In this document: piece after piece, positions 9,002 through 16,112 of the stretch
Layout of the letters: each line of letters begins with the position of its first letter
Numbering within the stretch: the stretch's first letter is position 1
Source: Pirellulales bacterium
Lineage (GTDB): Bacteria > Planctomycetota > Planctomycetia > Pirellulales > PALSA-1355
DNA: 64,000 nucleotides
Reading direction: 5' to 3'
Assembly (NCBI GenBank): GCA_963733035.1
Contig: CAVTBU010000010.1
Coordinates: 167,346-231,345, forward strand
The notes under the pieces: generated by a model
Database searches by the model: none
Told to the model about the DNA's origin: nothing
The model's input: only the letters and a program-made list of their open reading frames with translations
Position numbers and translations under genes: made by a program

Positions 9002-10329
9002 GCGGCCTGGCCTTTTCGCGAGTTCTTTAGATCAATCCGCGACGTTTCGAGAGGTTGTCCCAGCCGCGCGCTGAGCAGGCCGATGGCGGCCGAGAGGGAG
9101 ATGACCGTTTCCTCAAAGTGATTGGCGCCGGCCAAGGCCGACAGGTTGCGATTGAGCTCTTGTTCGAGTCGCGTGACTTGTTCCGTGGCGCCGACGACTT
9201 GCAGCAACAATTCGCCTTGTTTGCTGAGTTCGCGTTGTTGCGTCACGACGGCATCGGCATTCTGTTGTAGAGCCTGTTGGACTCCTTGCCAGTGCCGATG
9301 GTTTTGTTCGGCGACCGCATGCTCCGCCGCCGTCAGCGCGGCAGCGTGCTGTTCGACGTTTTTGGTCAACGCCCCGGCAAGCGCCGTTTCAATTGTCTGA
9401 CCGGCAGCCACGGTTTGCTCGCTCCAGTGCTGGTGCACGGCGCGCATGCTCTCCTGCCATAGCTCGGTTTGTCGCACGACTAACTTGTCGAGCGCCGAGA
9501 GGACCGTTTCAGCGATCCGGCGCACGGTGGCCGTCTGCGGGTCGGCACTACTCGCGGCGTCCTCGAAGCGTCCGACAAGTTCAGCATTCGTCCGCTCGTC
9601 GACGCTCGCCAGTAGACTGGTTTCCGCTCGATCGACGAAGTATTTTACGAACATCAGCACGATCGAAAGCGACAACGACAGCGCCGTGGTGTCAAACGCC
9701 ACACCGAGCCCTGAAGTCACGCCGGACAGCGACTCCTCCAGCGCCTTGGGGCTCAAGTTGCCCACGGCGCCGGTGATGCCGAGAATCGTGCCCAAGAAGC
9801 CCATAATTGGCACGGCCCAGATGATGAACCAAATCAGCGCATACGACGATTGCATGCGGCCGGCGTCCAGGTCCGACAGGTAGCGGATTTCTTCGTCGAG
9901 TCCGGCCGCTGAATTCTTGCGGTAGACGAATTCCAAAGCTTCACGCAGCCGCCGCACGAGATAGCTTTCCTGCCAGCTCTCGGGCTGCCGGGCCAGACGC
10001 GCCAGCAGGTTTTCGCAATGGCCCACGTTCTGTCCGCCCGGCGGAATGCCGTCGAGCAACGGCACCGCGAGGATGGACCTTTGGATCATAAGGTTCAGCA
10101 CCTTCAGGGTGAGCGCCGCCAAGCCGACGAAGAACATGAGCGTCGTCACGTACTCCACCCAGTGACCGGCGAAGTAGCGGTCCACGAACGGGTGGGAAAG
10201 AAAACGTCCCCAGCCGTGTGGAGAAAGCTTGGCCAATTGGATGGGGGTATAGAAAGCCATGGTGGCCAGTCCACCCCACACGACGGGCGACCACACAATG
10301 GCCCGGGCAATTCGGTTGACCTGGTTCAC
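8998..10329 (-). CDS. MotA/TolQ/ExbB proton-channel family protein with long C-terminal coiled-coil tail
   Basis: PIMGFLGTILGI and GLGVAFDTTA channel motifs; four hydrophobic segments; ~200 aa Q/A/E-rich tail; AAGGAG RBS before GTG. Confidence 0.85.
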   Translation of the reverse strand: MNQVNRIARAIVWSPVVWGGLATMAFYTPIQLAKLSPHGWGRFLSHPFVDRYFAGHWVEYVTTLMFFVGLAALTLKVLNLMIQRSILAVPLLDGIPPGGQNVGHCENLLARLARQPESWQESYLVRRLREALEFVYRKNSAAGLDEEIRYLSDLDAGRMQSSYALIWFIIWAVPIMGFLGTILGITGAVGNLSPKALEESLSGVTSGLGVAFDTTALSLSLSIVLMFVKYFVDRAETSLLASVDERTNAELVGRFEDAASSADPQTATVRRIAETVLSALDKLVVRQTELWQESMRAVHQHWSEQTVAAGQTIETALAGALTKNVEQHAAALTAAEHAVAEQNHRHWQGVQQALQQNADAVVTQQRELSKQGELLLQVVGATEQVTRLEQELNRNLSALAGANHFEETVISLSAAIGLLSARLGQPLETSRIDLKNSRKGQAA

Positions 10330-10664
10330 CCGATGGACTCCTTATACTGAAAGCGAAGGCGCGGATCCGGCAGCGCGCATCCCTGTGCGGAGCGCTGTCC
10401 TTAAAATCGGCGTAATCGGCAAAGTTTATGAGTGGAAACTTTCCCAAAGCGGCGGATGCTGGCAGTGACTTGCCAGCCCCGCACTGGGGCTGAGGGAGGG
10501 GCAACTTGTTTGTTGCCGAACCGTAAGATTTTCCTCACTGCCCGATCGCGCCTAACCGATAACTCTTGGGTCACCACCGAAGAGGGTGACGCTAAACAAA
10601 TCCATCGCCGTGCCGCCCGCCCTCCGACGGCACGTGCCCACCGCGTAAATCCCAGGGGGGACTG

Positions 10665-10710
10665 ACAGTCCGGTGATGGCCCGCCGCGGGCCTCCCGGAC
10701 TGTTCTTTTT
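10665..10710 (+). terminator. Intrinsic terminator-like hairpin with U-tract on + strand
   Basis: ACAGTCCGG..GGCCCG ccg CGGGCC..CCGGACTGT then TCTTTTT. Confidence 0.6.
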
Positions 10711-10722
10711 GACAGCTGCGTC

Positions 10723-11124
10723 TCACTCGCAGTACGTCGCAAAACACCGCGGTGTTTCCCACAGCCGAGCTTCGACGATCGGAAAACCCTGACTCTTCGT
10801 AAAATCGAAGATCAGTTTCGCGATGTTCTCGGCCGTCGGGTTCACGTCGACCAGGTAGATCGGCTCGCCTAAGTTTTCCAGCGCTTCGCGGGCCGGATCG
10901 TCGCGGTGCAAGATCATGCGATGGTCCAGGTTTTCGTCGATCCAGTTGCTGACGACTCGCTTGATATCCGAAAAGTCGAGCACCATGCCCCGCGCATCGA
11001 GCTGGGCCGACTCGATCGTGATCACGGCCCGACCGTTGTGACCGTGCAGGTGCTTGCACTTGCCGTCGTAGTGGAGCAGGCGGTGGCCATAGCAAAAGTC
11101 GATTTCGCGAGTCACGCGGAACAT
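10723..11124 (-). CDS. queD: 6-carboxytetrahydropterin synthase
   Basis: MFRVTREIDFCYGHRL..CKHLHGHN, GMVLDF, LDH, PTAENIA, ETP motifs. Confidence 0.92.
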   Translation of the reverse strand: MFRVTREIDFCYGHRLLHYDGKCKHLHGHNGRAVITIESAQLDARGMVLDFSDIKRVVSNWIDENLDHRMILHRDDPAREALENLGEPIYLVDVNPTAENIAKLIFDFTKSQGFPIVEARLWETPRCFATYCE

Positions 11125-11141
11125 GCTTGCCTTTCGTAATT

Positions 11142-11834
11142 TCAGTGCGAAGGTAGGGGAGTTGGGACCGCGGCATACATCGTCGGGTCCGGCATTTCCG
11201 CATGGCGAAAGGCCTGCTGGCGTTCGGCGCACTTGTTGCAATTGCCACAGTGTCGGCCGTCGGTCGGTGCCAAACACGAAAATGTGAACTCCAGCGGCAG
11301 GTCGCGTCCCAGTTGCATCACCTGGTGCTTGGCCAGGTGGCCGAGCGGCCGCACCAGTTCGACGTGTCCCGAGATGGCCTGATCCATGGCCGCTTCGAAG
11401 TAGCGGTAGAAGTCCTCGGTCGAGTCGGCGAACGGGTTGCTCGCCAGCGCGCCTAGGGCCAAGCGGCCCACTCCGTGCAGACGGCACCAAATCTGGGCCT
11501 TGATTAACAGGAGCGGATTGTGCCCCGGTAAGTAAACGTGTTCGTCGGGTTCATCCGCGCCGGGAACGTGCTGTCCGGTGATGCTCCAATGGTCGTCGTA
11601 CAGATCGGCCAGCGGCATTTGCAATTCGACCAGTGCTTCGAGCCCGGGATGAGCGATCGCACTGAGAAACTGACACCCGGCCCGCAGTTCGGCGGTTTGC
11701 CAATGCCATTGGCAATTGACAAACAGCGGCCACACCCGGTGGCCGGTTGCTAGCAGCTGACCAACCAAGATCGAGCTATCCAAGCCGCCGCTAAACAGGA
11801 CGGCCACCCGTGTTACACCTGACTGCCCGATCAC
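11142..11834 (-). CDS. queC: 7-cyano-7-deazaguanine synthase (QueC family); start approximate
   Basis: PP-loop SGGLDS; Zn motif FSC-x8-CGNCNKCAER; adjacent to queD. Confidence 0.85.
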   Translation of the reverse strand: MIGQSGVTRVAVLFSGGLDSSILVGQLLATGHRVWPLFVNCQWHWQTAELRAGCQFLSAIAHPGLEALVELQMPLADLYDDHWSITGQHVPGADEPDEHVYLPGHNPLLLIKAQIWCRLHGVGRLALGALASNPFADSTEDFYRYFEAAMDQAISGHVELVRPLGHLAKHQVMQLGRDLPLEFTFSCLAPTDGRHCGNCNKCAERQQAFRHAEMPDPTMYAAVPTPLPSH

Positions 11835-12294
11835 GAAATCCCCGTCACTACGGTTGCCAGCAAAACGAAACAGGGCGTGGGCGCCACGGCGGCTCGCCGC
11901 GTTCCCCGAGGCAATTGTAGGCCCCGCCAGCGTGCCTCGGGAGGGCCTGTTGACTTGCCCTTGCCCCGAGGCCCAGGGAGGACTACACTCCCGGCCCAAA
12001 ATTCCCATCATTCCATCCGTTCGGATCGACGGCCGCCGACTTGGGCCGGGCAGTGGGTCGCGTGAACACGTCCTCGCGAGATTAGCACCTGAGGATTGAC
12101 CAGATGCGCAAGCGCGGAGCGCAGGCGCCCGGCAATCCTGGGGGCCGGTGGCCTATGTACCTGTCTACACGTGATTTAGCGACGGAAACCGAGCCGGGAA
12201 AGGGCAGGATTTTTGTTGAATTGGAAAACGGGGCTTTTACAATGGATAAGGTTCGCCCTGTTTTCCGCGTAACTCCTAAGTTGAAAGGTGACTT

Positions 12295-12636
12295 ATGAGA
12301 TTGGCGGTGGTCGGAGCGAGCGCTTTGGCAAGTCTTGTGGGAGCGGTGCTCGTGGGCACGGTCATGCCCAGCGAGGGGTTTGCCCAACGGGCACCCGTCG
12401 CGCCGGCATTGGGGGGCGAAGGGTTAATTGCCCTGACCGCCCTGGTCGGCGACCAGCGGCAACAGGTGACGGTGATCGACCCGGCGACGCGTGTGATGGG
12501 TGTCTATCACATCGAATTGTCATCCGGAGAAGTCACACTCAAATCGGTGCGCCGCATCCATTGGGACTTGCAAATGAATGAGTTTAACGCAACCCATCCG
12601 CTACCGGGTGAAGTCCGCTCGATGATCGAGCAATGA
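12295..12636 (+). CDS. Small exported hypothetical protein
   Basis: 113 aa, hydrophobic N-terminal signal, AAAGGTG RBS, beta-rich core VTVIDP..VYHI...G.VTLKSVR.I.WDL. Confidence 0.7.
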   Translation: MRLAVVGASALASLVGAVLVGTVMPSEGFAQRAPVAPALGGEGLIALTALVGDQRQQVTVIDPATRVMGVYHIELSSGEVTLKSVRRIHWDLQMNEFNATHPLPGEVRSMIEQ

Positions 12637-12786
12637 CCTCCTCACCTGGTTCCGCAGGGAAACCTGGAACAAGAACCGCACAAATCAGCAAGCGGCCGTC
12701 GGTTCGAGGCTTCGGCATCGACCGGCGCGCGCACCGGACAACTTGCGGCTCGGCAAGTTGCCCGCGCATTGGGGGTAAAACGTCAG

Positions 12787-14301
12787 ATGGCCACTCGCAA
12801 ATTCATCGACCTGGACGAAGCCGCCAAGATGTTGGGTGTCTCCACCGACACGGTGACCGAGATGCGCGATCGCGGCAAGATCCACGGTTATCGCGACGGC
12901 GCAAGCTGGAAATTCAAGCCCGAGGAAATCGAACGAGCGATTGCCGAACGTGAAGCGGCCGAAGAAGAAGGCGAGTTTGCCGAGGTGGATGAAGACCCCG
13001 ATTCGATCCTGCTTAGCGAAGTCGAATTGGGCCAGTCCGACGAAAGTACTTCCAGCACGATCATCGGCGGCAAGAGCAGCCGTGATTCGGCCGATAGCGA
13101 CATTCAATTGGCGGCACCCAAAAGCGATAGCAGCGTCGATCTCGATTCGGCGCTGACGCTCGACCCCAGCACCGGTTCTGACGTGCTGGGCGGATCGGAG
13201 ATTGGCGTTGGCTCAAGTGCCTCTGGGTCGGGATCGGGGGCGGAATCGGGATCAGGCGTGAGCCCGATGTTCGATGAACTCGATACGCTCGACCTGGATC
13301 TGCCCACGGCGGCGGATAGCGGCATTTCGTCCAAGATCTTTAGCGACGTCGTGGGTGGCTCCGATGTGGGGACCAGCAAGACCGTGATGGGCTCGGGCGC
13401 GCCGGCGGCCGAAGGTTCGGGATTGGGTTTGGCGAACGAAGACGAGCTCGCGCTCGGCGAAGCGGAGAGCAACGAGGGCAACGAAGGCGGTGTGGGTGGT
13501 GACGAGCTGGGTGGCGATGGTGATGACGATATTCTGCTGGACGTCGATTCGGGCGGTTCGGCAATCGATTTGGCCGAAGACATTGACGACGACCTGGTGC
13601 TCGGTGGCAGTTCGCACGGCGACTTGTCGAAGACCGGCGACAGCGGCATTTCGCTGCTCGATCCGGCCGACAGCGGTCTGTCGCTCGAATCGCCCCCCCT
13701 GGAATTGGGTGGTTCGGCTGTCGAGTCGCTCGACTTGGGCGTCGACGAAGACATGCTGCTGACCGAAGATGAAGCGGCGGAGGTCGAGGAGGGGAGCGAG
13801 GTAGCGGCGGACGAGCAATCGGACGACGACTTCTTGCTCACCCCGCTTGAGGAAGCAAGCGCCGAGGAGTCGGATAGCGGTTCGCAGGTCATCGCGCTCG
13901 ATGACGACGTTGAGTTTGAAGATGCCGGCGGCGGTGTTGGACTCGAGGACGCCGGCGGACTTGGGGGCGAACTCGAAACGGGCGGCGGTTTGCTCGAAGA
14001 CGATTTGGGCGAAGGACTGGGTGGTGGCGGATTGGGTGCCGCCGCTTTAGAGCCCGCTCCCATGCAGGGTGTGGCGGCTGCCGCGGCCACGTCAACGACG
14101 GCCGCGGCCCCCGGACCGGCCGCGGCCCCGGAAGCTCCCTTTAGCGGATGGAATGTGGCCAGCCTGGCGGTCTGCTCGGTGATGTTGTTGCTGTGTGGCA
14201 TGTTCGCCTTCGACCTGCTGCGAAACATGTGGAGTTGGAACGAGGCCTACAGTGTCAATAGCAGCATGATGGACATGGTATTGAGCTGGTTTGAAGGCTA
14301 G
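12787..14301 (+). CDS. Excisionase/MerR-type HTH (HTH_17-like) + long acidic disordered region + C-terminal TM helix
   Basis: FIDLDEAAKMLGVSTDTVTEMRDRGKIHGYRDGASWKFKPEEIE; ~400 aa D/E/S/G/L-rich; TM NVASLAVCSVMLLLCGMFAFDLL. Confidence 0.85.
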   Translation: MATRKFIDLDEAAKMLGVSTDTVTEMRDRGKIHGYRDGASWKFKPEEIERAIAEREAAEEEGEFAEVDEDPDSILLSEVELGQSDESTSSTIIGGKSSRDSADSDIQLAAPKSDSSVDLDSALTLDPSTGSDVLGGSEIGVGSSASGSGSGAESGSGVSPMFDELDTLDLDLPTAADSGISSKIFSDVVGGSDVGTSKTVMGSGAPAAEGSGLGLANEDELALGEAESNEGNEGGVGGDELGGDGDDDILLDVDSGGSAIDLAEDIDDDLVLGGSSHGDLSKTGDSGISLLDPADSGLSLESPPLELGGSAVESLDLGVDEDMLLTEDEAAEVEEGSEVAADEQSDDDFLLTPLEEASAEESDSGSQVIALDDDVEFEDAGGGVGLEDAGGLGGELETGGGLLEDDLGEGLGGGGLGAAALEPAPMQGVAAAAATSTTAAAPGPAAAPEAPFSGWNVASLAVCSVMLLLCGMFAFDLLRNMWSWNEAYSVNSSMMDMVLSWFEG

Positions 14302-14382
14302 TTGATGTCCTCGCAATCGCGATACAAAAGCTAAATCGACCAGACACGTTGATTCCGTGCTGATTCGAAAGGAGTCGAATCG

Positions 14383-15150
14383 ATGCTCGAATCCCTTAAT
14401 CGCAAGATGCCCGAGTGCCTGGCCACGCTGGTCGCTGTGGCCTTGCTGACTGCCTGTGGTTGCCAGACAGATGGCAAAGTCGCCAATCTGCAATCGCAGA
14501 ACCGCGTGCTCACCGAGCAGACGCGCGCGCAACTCGCCGAGATTGAGAATCTCAAGATCCATAATCGCCGCGTCGAGGACGAATTGATCCAGGCCGAGCA
14601 GGAGTTGGCTCAGCTCGATCGGCGTTCGCGGCAGCACCTGGCCGGTTCGGGCATGCCCGCCAGCATCAGCGGCCGGCTGGCGGCCTTGGCGGAACGCTAC
14701 CCGAGCCTGCACTTCGATCCCCGCACCGGAATCAGCAAGCTTGACAGCGATGTGCTGTTCGACTCTGGGGATGCCTCGCTCAAACCGGGCGCGGATCAGG
14801 TGCTCAATGAGATTGCCGAGATCTTCACGTCCGGTGACGGTCGCGAGTTCAAGCTGATGGTTGTGGGGCACGCCGACGATCAGGCGATCAAGGGGCGCGA
14901 GCTGCGCGAGCAATATCCGAGCAACTGGCATTTGAGCGCCGGCCGGGCCTTGAGCGTGGCCGACTGGCTCCGTCACGCGGGCGTGCCGGAATCGCGGATG
15001 GGCGTCGCGGGATTTGGCGAGTACCAACCGATCGCCAGCAACGACTCCGACGATACGCGGAGTCGCAACCGCCGCGTGGAGATCTACGTGCTCGGGCCCG
15101 AGACGCCGGTCGTGGGCTGGGCGGACACATCCGGCAGCTTCTATCGGTAG
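14383..15150 (+). CDS. OmpA/MotB C-terminal-domain lipoprotein (peptidoglycan-binding) with N-terminal coiled coil
   Basis: Lipobox-like LLTACGC; VLFDSG, VVGHADD, NWHLSAGRA, GFGEYQPIASN, NRRVEI; AAGGAG RBS. Confidence 0.9.
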   Translation: MLESLNRKMPECLATLVAVALLTACGCQTDGKVANLQSQNRVLTEQTRAQLAEIENLKIHNRRVEDELIQAEQELAQLDRRSRQHLAGSGMPASISGRLAALAERYPSLHFDPRTGISKLDSDVLFDSGDASLKPGADQVLNEIAEIFTSGDGREFKLMVVGHADDQAIKGRELREQYPSNWHLSAGRALSVADWLRHAGVPESRMGVAGFGEYQPIASNDSDDTRSRNRRVEIYVLGPETPVVGWADTSGSFYR

Positions 15151-15437
15151 GGGCTTGGCTGATCCGGCGATGAAATCCTCGGCTGCGACACGACTTGCGC
15201 CGGGCGGTTGTACTTTTTCGCCGCTTGGCGACTATAATCCACTGTGTGGGAAGCTGGTGGTACCCCCGCAGTTTTCGGAGATTGCCTCGTAACCTGCCTG
15301 AGGCAATTTATCCAGTGCGTCCTCTTCCCTCGCCCCGACGCCCTTTTGGGGCGGATCCCGTTGCGTCAAACTGTTTCACATTGTTCCCGCGTGGACCGGC
15401 GAGCCCGAGTTCGCTTCAACCGACGGTGCGATTGCTC

Positions 15438-16112
15438 ATGTTGTTTCGCGAACGAGGTCTCCTACTCGTCGGCATCTTGACAGTCGTCGCCCTGGCCGGC
15501 TGTGGTGACCGGCCTCCGATTAAGACTTACACGGTCAACAAGCCCGCACCGCTCAAGCCGATTCGGAATCCGCACGACGCTGGGCTGCCGATGACGCCTC
15601 CGGGACAGGTCGAGACGCCGCCGACCGGTGAACCGACCGACCGCACCTTAGCGGCCATCGTGCCGCTGACGCCGCAAGGGTGGTTCTTCAAGCTCAGCGG
15701 CCCGATCGACGCCGTCGCGGCGCAAGAAGACGCCTTCAACGCCTTTCTCAAGACGGTCAAGTTCACGGGTGGCAAGCCCGAGTGGACGCTTCCCGAGGGA
15801 TGGGAGGCGCGGCCCGGCAACGCGTTTCGCTATGCGACGCTCGTCATTCCCAGCGAAGGAAAGCCGCTGGAGTTGACTGTCTCGGCCTTGCCCAACACGG
15901 GCGAGGACGACGAGAGCTATGTGCTGGTGAACGTCAATCGCTGGCGCGGCCAACTGCGGATGCCGTCGATCACGGCCCAGCAGCTTCCGACGGAAACCAC
16001 GACCATCGACGTGGGTGGCACGCCATCGACGCTGGTCAATCTCGCCGGACACGCCGCCCCGAACAGCATGGGCCGACCGCCTTTCTTCTCTGGAGCAACC
16101 GATGGCAACTGA
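15438..16112 (+). CDS. Hypothetical lipoprotein overlapping the cytochrome c maturation gene
   Basis: Lipobox LAGC; WFFKLSG, WTLPEGW, NVNRWRGQL; stop overlaps the ccsBA start. Confidence 0.75.
   Translation: MLFRERGLLLVGILTVVALAGCGDRPPIKTYTVNKPAPLKPIRNPHDAGLPMTPPGQVETPPTGEPTDRTLAAIVPLTPQGWFFKLSGPIDAVAAQEDAFNAFLKTVKFTGGKPEWTLPEGWEARPGNAFRYATLVIPSEGKPLELTVSALPNTGEDDESYVLVNVNRWRGQLRMPSITAQQLPTETTTIDVGGTPSTLVNLAGHAAPNSMGRPPFFSGATDGN

Noticed and set aside
10560..10605. c-di-GMP-I riboswitch-like string (..GAAGAGGGTGACGCTAAAC)
   Set aside because: Lacks a clear GGCAAA 5' strand, GNRA loop and P2 receptor, and is antisense to the nearest gene; would need cmscan.
10723..11834. Qat/Dpd/CBASS-type QueC defence or DNA-modification cluster
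   Set aside because: No ATPase, TatD, DpdA/TGT or nucleotidyltransferase nearby.
12787..12950. Prophage/ICE excisionase
   Set aside because: The HTH is fused to a long acidic region and a TM; no integrase, att site or tRNA nearby.
5872..15150. Zorya anti-phage system (ZorA-like tail + OmpA-domain protein)
   Set aside because: No ZorB (TM-Asp + OmpA in one chain) follows the MotA-like gene; no ZorC/D/E helicase or nuclease; housekeeping context without mobile or defence genes.
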